Shown piece after piece: positions 1-10,413 of a DNA stretch of 64,000 nucleotides. The DNA is taken from the sequence record PP856017.1. The stretch is one strand, 5' to 3'. The notes beneath the pieces were generated by a model. It made no database searches. It saw nothing but the letters and a program-made list of their open reading frames with translations, and was not told the origin of the DNA. Made by a program: the position numbers and the translations under genes. Numbering within the stretch: the stretch's first letter is position 1; each line of letters starts with the position of its first letter.

Positions 1-84
1 TGCGACTTCGAAGTGGTTGGTACGATTGTCGTTGCCCATGATTTTATTGATCAGCTTTTTCATTTCGGTTTTCCTTTTGATGCA

Positions 85-110
85 TTTTAAAAGTAGGGGC
101 CGAAGCCCCC
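85..110 (-). terminator. intrinsic terminator, GGGGC-UUCG-GCCCC then U-rich tract
   Basis: Hairpin 96-109 directly after the stop at 121. Confidence 0.75.
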
Positions 111-120
111 GGTTTACTAC

Positions 121-516
121 TTACTGCTTCATCCAATCCGGAATGTTCTCCGGATCGGCGTAGTACTGCTGCTGCGGAAAGCCCTTCGGCGTGGCATGCC
201 AGCCAAGCTTTTCGGGTTCTTTCTGAAACGGATCGATCTCGCGTTCGATATCCACGAACTTAAGAACTTCCGCATCATCCACAGCACGAAACACAGGAAT
301 CCATTCTTCCGTCTCGCGGATGTAGGTCCATTGCGTTTCGCCAAGCCCATCGACCAGTTTGTCCATGGTCTCTTCCAGATGCGAATCCTGGATGGGCACG
401 TCCTTTCCCTCGTGACGGAACAACAAGCACGGAGAATCGCGCAGATACAACTTACTGTTGATATCGGCGAGTGTATAGATTTCGCCATTGCGCGGACGGA
501 TCAGATTCTTTTCCAT
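121..516 (-). CDS. hypothetical protein (131 aa)
   Basis: Natural-looking ORF followed by a cUUCGg terminator at 96-109. Confidence 0.75.
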   Translation of the reverse strand: MEKNLIRPRNGEIYTLADINSKLYLRDSPCLLFRHEGKDVPIQDSHLEETMDKLVDGLGETQWTYIRETEEWIPVFRAVDDAEVLKFVDIEREIDPFQKEPEKLGWHATPKGFPQQQYYADPENIPDWMKQ

Positions 517-580
517 GATGCGTAATTCTCCTAAAAAGGTTTTGAGCGGGAACGAAATGTTCCCATTTTGGTCAAGCTGT

Positions 581-1060
581 TTACATCCCGTACTTCACGA
601 GGAAGTCGTCGAACTTCGAGTAGAAAGTCGAACGCTCCATGATTTCGCCATGAAAGGCGCGCGGCGAAATACGTGCGTCGACATCGACCTTGAATGCCTG
701 AAGCATAACTTCGGCAATCATCGGCTCGATACGTTGGACGAAATTGCGATTATAATCCGCCTCGAAACCAAAGTGATTCAGAATCGTCAGATACGTATTG
801 ACATCTTCGGCTGAATCGAATCGGCCGAGATGGAAACGTTCTTCATGACACTGGCTGCGAAACCGATGCGACATCACCCAGTTATTCACCTTCACGATAA
901 CTTTCGGAGCACCTAGTCGTTCATCATTCATGATGATGAAAGGATTCCATCGCAAATCAACAACGCCGTTTTCTGCGCCGGTGAAGAACGACATCGACTT
1001 CAGAACTTCACCGCCGTATTCCACGACGACGATAGGTTTCTTGCTCATTCCATACTCCAT
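581..1060 (-). CDS. hypothetical protein (159 aa), probable early gene
   Basis: ORF with a TATATAAC promoter-like motif about 45 nt upstream. Confidence 0.75.
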   Translation of the reverse strand: MEYGMSKKPIVVVEYGGEVLKSMSFFTGAENGVVDLRWNPFIIMNDERLGAPKVIVKVNNWVMSHRFRSQCHEERFHLGRFDSAEDVNTYLTILNHFGFEADYNRNFVQRIEPMIAEVMLQAFKVDVDARISPRAFHGEIMERSTFYSKFDDFLVKYGM

Positions 1061-1102
1061 TGTAGAAGGAAGTCAAAGCCTTTGATGGGCTTTATCCATT
1101 TC

Positions 1103-1111
1103 GTTATATAT
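1103..1111 (-). promoter_or_regulatory. early-type promoter motif ATATATAAC
   Basis: Variant of the phiKZ early consensus TATATTAC; recurs upstream of other minus-strand genes. Confidence 0.5.
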
Positions 1112-1132
1112 TACTGAAATAATCTAAAAGCA

Positions 1133-1166
1133 GACATAGACGAGGATAGGGCTTTCGCCCTATCCT
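1133..1166 (-). terminator. hairpin (10 bp, GAAA loop) followed by TATGTC
   Basis: aggatagggc/gccctatcct at 1143-1166; GACATA at 1133-1138. Confidence 0.7.
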
Positions 1167-1176
1167 GTCCTCTCGT

Positions 1177-2559
1177 TTATTCCAAACCGACCAGACCAGC
1201 CTGATTGGGTTCGTCAGCACGTACGAAGATCACGAGTGCAATGAATGAACGAAATCCGTTAGCCAACAGACCTTGTCCATTCATCTTCGTATTGATGTGT
1301 GCCTTCAGCAGTTTGCCGTTTACCTCTTTCACATCACCTTCATTCAAGAACATGATCTTCACGCTCAAGCCAGGTTTGATGAGAGTCGGATCAGCGTTCT
1401 CCCATTCCAGCGTGTAGTAATGACCCTGACTACGCGCAAGACGGGAAGTTGCCAGATACGGGTTAGCAGTAATTGCTTCAGGTGACATACGAACATTGTT
1501 CTTGCCGTTACCGGCTTGTTCGCCAACGAACTCACTGTTGTTCTGACTGCGTCGAACCAGTGCGGTGTTGTTGCTATCCTTGGAGAAGCCCTGAACGATC
1601 TGATTAGCGTCTGCAAACATGACACCGTTACCAGCATTGTCCTGGATCTGACTCTTGTCAGATTGAATCTTCTTGTTACCCGTTGACAGAATGGTCGTGA
1701 TGCCATTCTGAGTCAGGTAAGTCTTTTCGACCTGGGGATAGCGTTTCGCAGGAACAGAGATGATGATGAACTTTTCTTTCGCATCATCGAAGCCTGCTGT
1801 GTCGTAAGGCGGGTAGACATGCCACACCCGATCATGGACATACTGCGCCATGCCAGATGGGAATACACCGCCTGCCTTTTTGTGTACGTAGTCAGCCAGA
1901 TCAGAAAGCATCACGCCGTGGTCAACTACCACCTGCGCCAACTTGTCGGTTGAGGCCGACGGATGCATATCCACACCCAGCAGCTTCAGATCGTCATCGA
2001 GATCGAGCAGGCTGCAGTGATGCGTGATTGCATTCTTGATTACATCTGCCGTGGTCGTGTTGGTGTGGTTGCCACCTACCGTTACCTTGGAGACGTCATC
2101 GAGTAACTTGGGCTTAAGCTGAATGTCGACCGACACAAAATCCATCAGGTTCTGTACCGTCGAGCTTAAGTTTTCCGTGTTGTTGTCTTCCGACATGAAA
2201 GGACGAGCCTTCGGGTCGATAGACACATTGAACGTTTCGACTGTGACCGATCCAGCTGCATCGGACTTGTCGTAGCTTGTGGGATTCAGGAGTTCCGTTT
2301 TCAGGATGAATTCCAAACTCCCACGAGCCGGATAGATCTTCGTGGACCAATCACCCAACATCATGACCACACGAATCATCTTCACAGCGCCGAAGTTCAA
2401 TTCGAAGTCAGCATGCTCGTCCAGATCTGTGATCTTGATCACGTCGTACGTTGCAGAACCTACTTTGAACTGACCAGTGTAACTGTAGTAATTGGGGGTG
2501 AAGCTGGACGTCAAGACTCGTTGAATCTCAAAGTCCAGCGGGGTGCTATCGATAATCAT
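1177..2559 (-). CDS. putative virion structural protein (phiKZ gp101-like by synteny)
   Basis: 460 aa; last gene of an overlapping run within the structural cluster. Confidence 0.6.
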   Translation of the reverse strand: MIIDSTPLDFEIQRVLTSSFTPNYYSYTGQFKVGSATYDVIKITDLDEHADFELNFGAVKMIRVVMMLGDWSTKIYPARGSLEFILKTELLNPTSYDKSDAAGSVTVETFNVSIDPKARPFMSEDNNTENLSSTVQNLMDFVSVDIQLKPKLLDDVSKVTVGGNHTNTTTADVIKNAITHHCSLLDLDDDLKLLGVDMHPSASTDKLAQVVVDHGVMLSDLADYVHKKAGGVFPSGMAQYVHDRVWHVYPPYDTAGFDDAKEKFIIISVPAKRYPQVEKTYLTQNGITTILSTGNKKIQSDKSQIQDNAGNGVMFADANQIVQGFSKDSNNTALVRRSQNNSEFVGEQAGNGKNNVRMSPEAITANPYLATSRLARSQGHYYTLEWENADPTLIKPGLSVKIMFLNEGDVKEVNGKLLKAHINTKMNGQGLLANGFRSFIALVIFVRADEPNQAGLVGLE

Positions 2560-3260
2560 TGAACGCGACCATGAATGCCATTACGGTCCATGTACGACAG
2601 GAAGATGTCGCGCATGGTCGGACGTTCCGGCAACTTCTTCTCTTCTTGCTGAGTGACGGGTTTGGCGTCCACGACAGGATTGGGAGAATAGCGGTTGCGA
2701 ACAGTGTACTGATCGCTTTTGATTTTGCCGCGGTTCTTGACACGGTTGTCCACAGCTTCGAACATTTTGTGCAAGTCGACGATCTCACGCTGCACGCCTT
2801 CAGGAATGAATGTGCGAGCGAACTCTTCGCCATACTCGTGACCAGCGTACTGATACACGGCTTCAGCGAATTCGTCGATCTGGACCAGGTCTTCGAACGG
2901 CACATTGTGATTGAACACAGTGTTCTGAATCCGCCGAGCCCAATCGAACGTATAGTCCTGACAGATCTCGTAGATTGCCTTGGTGTCATCACGCTTGATG
3001 ATGCTTACCATCGTGTGTTCGTGATAGTACTCCACCATCTGCGCAATGGTGATGTATACGGGAGCGAGTTGCTTCATCAGCTCCCGGTCAACGTTTTGGT
3101 TACCCGAAGTGGGCAGGCCATAGCGTTCAAGATACGCCGTACCGTAACGAGCGATACGAGGCACCTTGCAATACCAGACCCGCCCCCAGATCGGATACCG
3201 AGGATCATCCATCGGGATGCTACTCGGGTTAGGTGGGCGTTTCTTTTCTTGTTGGGTCAT
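2556..3260 (-). CDS. conserved chimallivirus protein (gp100-like by synteny)
   Basis: 234 aa, ATGA-coupled to both neighbours. Confidence 0.65.
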   Translation of the reverse strand: MTQQEKKRPPNPSSIPMDDPRYPIWGRVWYCKVPRIARYGTAYLERYGLPTSGNQNVDRELMKQLAPVYITIAQMVEYYHEHTMVSIIKRDDTKAIYEICQDYTFDWARRIQNTVFNHNVPFEDLVQIDEFAEAVYQYAGHEYGEEFARTFIPEGVQREIVDLHKMFEAVDNRVKNRGKIKSDQYTVRNRYSPNPVVDAKPVTQQEEKKLPERPTMRDIFLSYMDRNGIHGRVQ

Positions 3261-4606
3261 AGCCTTCTGAGATTGTATTTGATCAACACCAGGAGCAGAG
3301 GAATGTAATAGAACCGTTCCACATGTCCCCAGTTGAGGATGTCTTCACACAGTTTCAGAATATCGCGCGCGGCGATAATTTTAAAGTCGATGTAATTCAA
3401 CAACAGACTTTCGAGCAAAGACAGATTCGTGTTGTCCCGTGTATAGAACGCACTGGAGAGGACGTAGCCGTCCAGCATGTTCACGGGTTTGATGAGAGGC
3501 TGCGTGCCCACTGTGCCATCCGACGGAGGCGGAGGAGCTACGTAAGGCGGCATTGTCGAGACAATGTTCACCGGCAACACAGGCTTCTGGATTTCTTTGG
3601 CCATCATGAAATCCACGTTGGTCTTCGCATCAAGCGGATACACCACCTGACCGATTCCCGTATAACGCATGGAACCCATGAGGCCCGAGCGATGGAAGTT
3701 CACGCGAGAGGTCACACCAGTTTTGGTGTAGATCATCTTCATGAGCTTCGCATCGCGATTGGCAATCATCGTCCACAGACTCAACGCCGTGATCGCACCA
3801 TCGTCACCGATGTTCAATTCACGGATCGACTGGATATGAACGTCGTCGAAAGAATTCATGATCGACTTGACGAAATCCACGATGCCATGGTCGTACGTCG
3901 GTACGTCCTGCATGGGAACGACGATCGTCATGAATTCACGACTGAAGTACTGGTTGAAGTATAACTGGATCGTATCGTACCAGTACTCGGTGAGTTTCTT
4001 GCTGTTGTGGTAATCTTCTTCGACAAGCAGAGGATTCTGCAGATTCAGCAGGAAATCCTTGACGAAGTAATACGTCACCAGCGTCTTCTGATCCAGGTCG
4101 TAGATACGCGCCGGATCGTTGATCGCAATCAGCTGATACTCAACCGTGTGGGCGGTATCGACGAAGATCTGCATGGCCTGGACTTTCGTGATCTTGAAAA
4201 GACCTTCACGTCCATCAGCCACACCAGCACGGAACATGTCTCCTTCCTGAGGAACCAGGAAAGGATAGATATTCGACATACCTTGCAGCGTCATTTCGTT
4301 GGTGCCAGGATCTTGAGAGACTTGCGTCAAATCCTGAGTCACCTTGAACTCCATCGACCAGATGCGCCGGTATCCCTGAAGTACCGCTGGCAAGGAACCA
4401 TCTTGGCCTTTGAGTTCACTGTTCTTGTCGAGGATTTGTGAGTAGTAATCTACCACCCACGGCGAACCCTCGATATAAGCCAGCAGATCGCTCTGCGGCG
4501 TATAGGTCGTGTCAATGACCGCCGTCTTCACACCCGGCTTGAACGGACGAACAATATCCGGCCTCGGGTTAGTAGGGGCTGAGTCAGTATCTGTCCAAAG
4601 TGGCAT
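3257..4606 (-). CDS. virion structural protein (gp99-like by synteny)
   Basis: 449 aa in the structural operon. Confidence 0.65.
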   Translation of the reverse strand: MPLWTDTDSAPTNPRPDIVRPFKPGVKTAVIDTTYTPQSDLLAYIEGSPWVVDYYSQILDKNSELKGQDGSLPAVLQGYRRIWSMEFKVTQDLTQVSQDPGTNEMTLQGMSNIYPFLVPQEGDMFRAGVADGREGLFKITKVQAMQIFVDTAHTVEYQLIAINDPARIYDLDQKTLVTYYFVKDFLLNLQNPLLVEEDYHNSKKLTEYWYDTIQLYFNQYFSREFMTIVVPMQDVPTYDHGIVDFVKSIMNSFDDVHIQSIRELNIGDDGAITALSLWTMIANRDAKLMKMIYTKTGVTSRVNFHRSGLMGSMRYTGIGQVVYPLDAKTNVDFMMAKEIQKPVLPVNIVSTMPPYVAPPPPSDGTVGTQPLIKPVNMLDGYVLSSAFYTRDNTNLSLLESLLLNYIDFKIIAARDILKLCEDILNWGHVERFYYIPLLLVLIKYNLRRL

Positions 4607-4614
4607 TGCGTCCT

Positions 4615-6171
4615 CTATTTCTTCGTAATTTCGTAAACGCCATTAACCGTCGCAAACTGCACAGTCTTCATGGCTCGATTGATGGTTCGTCCCTTCAGAC
4701 ACTCTGCGAACTTGTCGTAAGCGGCAGGCGTCAAACCGTTGGCGATGATCTGATCGCACGGACGGTAGGGAGCCGAAGTTGTCGGACTGATGTAGCCCAC
4801 AATCTGGTCGAATGCGCAACGCTGAGCACGCAGGCGAGCTTTGGCGTCTTCCGTGATGTACGTCAGGTCCGTCGTTACTGCAATGCGGACATGATAGTAC
4901 TTACGCTTGTTCAGAGGCTTCGTACTCCAGACGTTCAGGTTTTCATCCACTCGAATCCACGAAGGATCCATGAGCAGACGTCCCATGTAGAGGGAAACCG
5001 TCACAGCCGAGTTACGCGGCTGGGTCACGTACTGAGCTTCAGATGCAATGAACTGCTTCATGCAGTCACTGAATTTGAACCCGTATGCATCCTGTTCCAG
5101 ATCTGCCAAATTCATGAGCAGGTTCGGTTGACCTTCCGGCTCGTCACCAACCAGAACGAGAGTCGTCACCATTCGCATCGTCCTGTCAGGAACGTTACGC
5201 GGCATGAACTCATCGAAGGTCGGAAAGTAACGGCCCGGGAAATCACGATAGACCTGAGCAACATTGTTCATCGACTCGAATGACTTCAGATGAGCCATCG
5301 ACCAGGTACGCGATTGTTGATGATCCTGCAGGCGCTGGAAGCCTTCTTCGTTACGATACTTCTTACCCAGGATTTGATTGTGAATCACGATCGGGTACAT
5401 GAAGTGAACCGCCTTCGGCTTCTCGTAACGGAGTACATACGGGATTTCAACTTCCCACACGTCCGTCTCATCTTTACGCTGACCGAAGTCAGGTTCAGAG
5501 CCGATGTCAAAGTAGCCGATGCAACGCATCTGGGTTTCTTTGAAAACACCCAACGTGTTCTTGCCGACCTGATCGGTCAAAAGACCGTAGCGTGGGTTGA
5601 CCCACTTGTTAAAGAAGGTCTCAAAGTCGTCACCATAGCCATCCACAGCCTCTGTAAGACGATGGATCTCCTTAAGGATGACCATGTATGCCTCAGGCAT
5701 GGAAAACGAGTACTGAAGCGTATGAAGCCACGTATCTTCACGATTCGGGATCTTCATGATCATGTAATCGTACCACCGACGAGCGTCGGTTTTGTTCTTG
5801 GCACGATAATGGATCGTGAATTTCATCTCCACACTGGCATAAATCGGACGCATCTCGATTTCGAGATCGCGATTCAGAAAGAGCGGAATCTGTTCGGGTT
5901 GCTTGGTTACCATGGCGGGCAACCAGTCATTCACGTAGTTCTCCGTGATCTCGATAAAGATCTTGTCAGTCGTCGGAAAACGAACGCTTTCGTATTTGTT
6001 GGAAATGTAACCGTGTGGCTGAGCGACCGTATCCGAATAACCCGGATAGTTGATGTTCATGGTGGGAGGCAAACCCATGCGGTCGATCAGAATCTCCTGG
6101 ACTGTCGCCACGGCAATAGCACGACTAACCGATTGATCGGACTCCAGGATAGGACGTTCTACTTTAGGCAT
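4615..6171 (-). CDS. virion structural protein (gp98-like by synteny)
   Basis: 518 aa in the structural operon. Confidence 0.65.
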   Translation of the reverse strand: MPKVERPILESDQSVSRAIAVATVQEILIDRMGLPPTMNINYPGYSDTVAQPHGYISNKYESVRFPTTDKIFIEITENYVNDWLPAMVTKQPEQIPLFLNRDLEIEMRPIYASVEMKFTIHYRAKNKTDARRWYDYMIMKIPNREDTWLHTLQYSFSMPEAYMVILKEIHRLTEAVDGYGDDFETFFNKWVNPRYGLLTDQVGKNTLGVFKETQMRCIGYFDIGSEPDFGQRKDETDVWEVEIPYVLRYEKPKAVHFMYPIVIHNQILGKKYRNEEGFQRLQDHQQSRTWSMAHLKSFESMNNVAQVYRDFPGRYFPTFDEFMPRNVPDRTMRMVTTLVLVGDEPEGQPNLLMNLADLEQDAYGFKFSDCMKQFIASEAQYVTQPRNSAVTVSLYMGRLLMDPSWIRVDENLNVWSTKPLNKRKYYHVRIAVTTDLTYITEDAKARLRAQRCAFDQIVGYISPTTSAPYRPCDQIIANGLTPAAYDKFAECLKGRTINRAMKTVQFATVNGVYEITKK

Positions 6172-6205
6172 AATTGTACCGTGTTAGTTCTAAGTCAAAA
6201 GATGG

Positions 6206-6622
6206 TCATTCATTTCGACGCATGTATTCAGGCAGATCAGGAAACGGCAAGATCTTTCCCTTCAATTCGTGAGAGCAGTCTGACAGAAAGAACACTTCTC
6301 CAGGCTTCGCGCCATTACATCCTACCCACGTATGGCAGAGCGTGCATTTGAAATCGTGTTCGTCTTCCGGATGCTTCTCGTTAAACGTACACCAGCAATC
6401 ATCTCCTGGTTTATGACTGCTACAGAAGTGGCCGGTCTTGGTTACGACACTCGGACCAAAGACGGGGTTGTTCACGTCTCCATTCCATGTCCAGTTCTGT
6501 CCCGGACCACCACCCTTAAGTGTTACCTGATGCGATGTCTCGCACCCCTGACACCAGTACATCAAACCACTGCGGCCGTAGCCATCGGCCCAGCTGCGCA
6601 GTTTTGAAGAAAGCAGTCCCAT
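6206..6622 (-). CDS. Cys/His-rich metal-binding protein, DUF6527-like
   Basis: YWCQGCETSH, WTWNGDVNNPVFGPSV, CHTWV and FLSDCSHEL motifs; likely start ATG at 6622. Confidence 0.65.
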   Translation of the reverse strand: MGLLSSKLRSWADGYGRSGLMYWCQGCETSHQVTLKGGGPGQNWTWNGDVNNPVFGPSVVTKTGHFCSSHKPGDDCWCTFNEKHPEDEHDFKCTLCHTWVGCNGAKPGEVFFLSDCSHELKGKILPFPDLPEYMRRNE

Positions 6623-6702
6623 GATCTTCTCAATAAAGATTAACCAAAGGATCAACACTACCAGTAGCCTTGCGGCTACTGGTAGAGGATCTTGCGTTTG
6701 CT

Positions 6703-6963
6703 TTAGTCGTCGCCGCGTGTGCGTTCACGGAAAGAACTGTGGCCGTTCATGCGAGCTTTCAGGTCCGAATTGCGACCATCATGAATCAGCTTGCGTGCAG
6801 TACCACGAACTGCATCGCCTACAGCACCGGCTGCCACTTTCACCGTGCCTTTGGCGAGTTCCTTGACGTTGTTCACGTCGTCTTTGACAGACTGCTTGGC
6901 GCCTTCCCAGGAGCTCAGGGAAACCTGGCTCTTGCGCGGCTTGTCGATTTGATAGAAGCCCAT
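6703..6963 (-). CDS. small hypothetical protein (86 aa)
   Basis: Starts 2 nt after the upstream stop (TGA TC ATG). Confidence 0.6.
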   Translation of the reverse strand: MGFYQIDKPRKSQVSLSSWEGAKQSVKDDVNNVKELAKGTVKVAAGAVGDAVRGTARKLIHDGRNSDLKARMNGHSSFRERTRGDD

Positions 6964-6965
6964 GA

Positions 6966-8276
6966 TCAGTGTCCGTGTTTCTTCAGTTCAACGTGGTTAC
7001 CGTTCGTGCTATTGAAATGCAGAACGTACGTCGAGAGGTTGATGAACCCGTTGACCACCTGGTCCACGAGACCGAAGTACATCAAGCCCGGCTGATCCAT
7101 CGTCTTCTGGAAGAACTTCAGATCGTACATCATGAAGTCACGTTCAGCCTTCTTGTCCTTCGAGGAGAACAGATTGGCGCCGTGCTGCTTGATCTTGGCT
7201 TCCACCGCTTTGACGAAAGCTTCCTTGTCGCGCTGGTATTGTTCGATCTTCTCAGTGACTTTCTCGATCTGCATATTCAGGAACTGAATGTTCTCGATCA
7301 GCTTATCGGGGTTTGCGAAGTCGCCATCCAACACAGCGAATTTAGCGTAGTTGACAACGCCTTCGACTTTCGTCTTGGCAATGCGCAACTCGTCAACCCA
7401 CTTCAGATTGGCCTTCATCACATCGTCTTCTTTGTCGCCATACTTCGGCGGCTCGGGCATCTGGATGGTCACGAACGTGTTATCGCCGAATTCTTCCGAC
7501 GCATACACTTTCATGTTGCCGTTCTTGCCACGGGTAGCGGCGAGAATCTTACCGTCGTGCGTTTCGGGGAACGCGATGGGCATCGGTTTGCTCGATTGCG
7601 AATCTCCGATGATGCTTTCCTTAGCCGACTTGTTCATCTCAGCCTGCGCGGAAAACACTTTGATCAATTCGCTACCGATCTTCGCCAGATAGGTACCATT
7701 CATGATCCCTTCGTGCGTGCAGATAGGCTTGAGGATTTCAGGTTTGGACAGGTCGACCTTGACGAAGAAACCATCTGCGCCACGCTGATACGGAGCGGTC
7801 TTCTTCTCTTCGTCAGTGAGGGATTCCACCTTCTCCTTGACTTCCTCTGCCTTTTGTTTGAGTTCAGCAGTCTTCTCTTCACGGTCCTTGTTGCGACCGA
7901 AGATCCGCTTGATCAAACCCCACACCCACTGGAATGCCTTCTTGATCGCATTGATGATCGACATGAAGACATTCTTGACACCTTCGCCGAAGCCTTCCAG
8001 CGCCACCTGACTCAGGTCATGGGGAGCATAGGCTTGCAGATCAGGCATCACCTTATTCGATGCATAGCCGATTCGTCCCATTCGCAAGAACGATTCAACC
8101 GAATGCTGGACGAGTTTGTAAGCCGTCTCATCGAGTCCCTTGTCGCCGTCAGCCATCAAGTCCTGTGTTTCCGTCAACGACTCCAGGGACAAAATTGCTG
8201 TTTCGACTTTCTCGTTATCGTGAGCATACGCCTGGAGGTCCAATTCCAGATCGTCGGCATAGCGGTTTGCGCTCAT
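6966..8276 (-). CDS. internal head (inner-body family) protein
   Basis: Acidic propeptide with SLE/ALE prohead-protease sites, then IINAIKKAFQWVWGLIKRIFG helix typical of the phiKZ gp93-97 paralog family. Confidence 0.75.
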   Translation of the reverse strand: MSANRYADDLELDLQAYAHDNEKVETAILSLESLTETQDLMADGDKGLDETAYKLVQHSVESFLRMGRIGYASNKVMPDLQAYAPHDLSQVALEGFGEGVKNVFMSIINAIKKAFQWVWGLIKRIFGRNKDREEKTAELKQKAEEVKEKVESLTDEEKKTAPYQRGADGFFVKVDLSKPEILKPICTHEGIMNGTYLAKIGSELIKVFSAQAEMNKSAKESIIGDSQSSKPMPIAFPETHDGKILAATRGKNGNMKVYASEEFGDNTFVTIQMPEPPKYGDKEDDVMKANLKWVDELRIAKTKVEGVVNYAKFAVLDGDFANPDKLIENIQFLNMQIEKVTEKIEQYQRDKEAFVKAVEAKIKQHGANLFSSKDKKAERDFMMYDLKFFQKTMDQPGLMYFGLVDQVVNGFINLSTYVLHFNSTNGNHVELKKHGH

Positions 8277-8296
8277 CGGTTTACCATTAAGTAGAC

Positions 8297-8337
8297 GTCA
8301 TAAGAGATACTCAAGGGGCCGAAGCCCCCTGAGTATC
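8297..8337 (-). terminator. cUUCGg hairpin followed by TATGAC
   Basis: gatactca..ggggc-cgaa-gcccc..tgagtatc; GTCATA at 8297-8302. Confidence 0.7.
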
Positions 8338-8383
8338 CCGTTTGACAGACCTAAGTCAGTCTACCTGCATCAGGCGCGGAAGC

Positions 8384-9697
8384 TTATTCCTTGCCCGAGT
8401 ACTGGCGTGCCGACAGTTCGGCGTACTGCAGAGCCGAGCTCATCGCGCGGATCGAGTGCGATGCGTACGACGCCGCCGGCTCGTCCATCAGCTTGCGGAA
8501 GATCGTCGCGTTTGCCTTGGCCACCTTTTCGTTGGTGTCCTTGCTTTCGCCCGCGTCCTTGCCGGCGCCGGTCATGTACTTCTCGACCTTGGCGATGAAC
8601 TTCGACTTGTTGTCGTTCACAGCCGTCAGGCCTTGCTTGTACGAGGCGACTTCGCCAGCGAACTTCTCGACGGCTTCCGCGAAACCGCGGATTTCGTCGA
8701 CGCCCAGCGTCTTCAGCGACTTGCCTTCTTCCTTCTTCTCGCTCAGGCTGACCGAGCCCGCCTTGATCTTGCCGGCGAATTCGGTTGCGCCCTTCGCGTC
8801 AGCGGATTCCGACTTCGGCATCGCCAGGTAGACGACGCTTTCGCCCGGGAAGCGCGAGGTCACGAACACTGCGACGTCGCTTTCCGCCGTCACGCGCTTC
8901 GCGGTGCCTGCGTCGGCCGGCTTCAGGCCGTACGATGCCGGTGCCGGCGTGATCAGGTCGCTCAGACCGATGTCGTTCACCTTGCCGTACTTGTCGGTCA
9001 GGTCCTTCTGCGCCTTGAACAGCGCCGCGCCTTCCTTGCCGAGTTCTTGCAGGTTGGCCGCCGAGACCGGCTGACCGTTCACGCGCACGGCGTTGAACAG
9101 CGAACCGTTTTCGATGTTGGCTTCTTCCGGCTGACCGCTCAGCTTCGTGGTCGATTCCTTCAGCTTCTGCGCACGGCGCTGGAGGTTCTCGGCCGCGCCG
9201 AAGATCTTGTTGAAGAAGTTGCGGACCCACTCGATCGACTTCTTGATCGCGTCGACGATCGCCTGCCAGATCTTCTTGGCGGACAGTTCGAGGGCTTCGA
9301 CCGTGGCCTTGCCCAGCGCGGCGCGGTTGTTGCGCGACTTGAACGACTCGCTCGACGGGATGCCGAGCTGCTTGTACGTCACGCCGATCTTCGCGACCTT
9401 GAGCAGTGCTTCGACGGACGTTTCGATGATCTCGGCCGTGTTCTCGTCGATGCCTTCGCCTTCGTTCGCTTCCGCGACTTGTTCAGCGATGGTTTCCAGG
9501 CCGTCGGCTGCCACGGCAGCTGCGTCGATCTGCGTGTTGCCCGTGTTGATCGCGGCTTCGTCGGCGTTGATTTCCGACACGGCGCTCGCCAGGGTGTTGG
9601 TTTCGTCCGGAGCGATTGCGTCTGCGCCGGTCATGGTGTCAGCAGCGTCGAAGTTTTCGTTCGAGTGCAGGATGCCCGATTGGGGAAGGAAAGACAT
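8384..9697 (-). CDS. abundant internal head (inner-body family) protein
   Basis: Propeptide with SNE/GLE/ALE sites, IWQAIVDAIKKSIEWVRNFFNKIFG motif, strongly GC-rich codons. Confidence 0.78.
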   Translation of the reverse strand: MSFLPQSGILHSNENFDAADTMTGADAIAPDETNTLASAVSEINADEAAINTGNTQIDAAAVAADGLETIAEQVAEANEGEGIDENTAEIIETSVEALLKVAKIGVTYKQLGIPSSESFKSRNNRAALGKATVEALELSAKKIWQAIVDAIKKSIEWVRNFFNKIFGAAENLQRRAQKLKESTTKLSGQPEEANIENGSLFNAVRVNGQPVSAANLQELGKEGAALFKAQKDLTDKYGKVNDIGLSDLITPAPASYGLKPADAGTAKRVTAESDVAVFVTSRFPGESVVYLAMPKSESADAKGATEFAGKIKAGSVSLSEKKEEGKSLKTLGVDEIRGFAEAVEKFAGEVASYKQGLTAVNDNKSKFIAKVEKYMTGAGKDAGESKDTNEKVAKANATIFRKLMDEPAASYASHSIRAMSSALQYAELSARQYSGKE

Positions 9698-9831
9698 GTT
9701 GGATTACTCCATTGCAATGAAGAGGTTACTAAGAGGCCCTTAGTTTAAAACACCTACTCGCGTAGGATCCGGAAAAACGTGCATTCTAAACTATATGCCT
9801 AAAACACACGCTTTAGTTTCTCACCAAACGA

Positions 9832-10413
9832 TTAAGAGCCGAAAAACACGCGAAGCGTGAACAGCATGTCACTGATACCGTCACGCTGACCCAGCCACGT
9901 ACGCAAGAAGTCCCGGATGAGAACGGGTTCGTTGCGATAGTTTACGAGATATTCGCGAGTCGCGACGCCAATCGTCCAGGCATTGTGTTTGCCGATCGTG
10001 CAAGTGTCGAGGTAAATCGACGGATGATACTTGCGGAACCCGGTATACACGTAACAGACCGTCTCGTCAACGAAACGATTCTGCATCGTGTCAAAATATG
10101 GGTTTTGTTTTTGTTTTTCGATCCAGTCATTGATCGTAAGCGTACCGAACGCACGAAGACCGGCCACATAGAGACGCTCGCGAAAAGCGTGGTCCCGTTT
10201 GAGGATGTCCTCGTGCTTCGTGGTCTCTTTCCAGATCTCTTCGATTTCCTGGTTAGGCGCCATGTCGGTGTCTTCAGGCTCCAGGCTGATGCGTCGCATC
10301 GCCGTACCTATAAGATCCACCTGAATGGGCTGACCCACCTGAGCCTTGCGGTACTCGATGGGTGCACCCAGAAAACCATTCGGATAGAGCTTCAACCCAC
10401 CGAAGATTTTCAT
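9832..10413 (-). CDS. conserved protein (gp91-like by synteny), about 193 aa
   Basis: Start MKIFGG overlaps the upstream stop (TAATG at 10411-10415). Confidence 0.65.
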   Translation of the reverse strand: MKIFGGLKLYPNGFLGAPIEYRKAQVGQPIQVDLIGTAMRRISLEPEDTDMAPNQEIEEIWKETTKHEDILKRDHAFRERLYVAGLRAFGTLTINDWIEKQKQNPYFDTMQNRFVDETVCYVYTGFRKYHPSIYLDTCTIGKHNAWTIGVATREYLVNYRNEPVLIRDFLRTWLGQRDGISDMLFTLRVFFGS

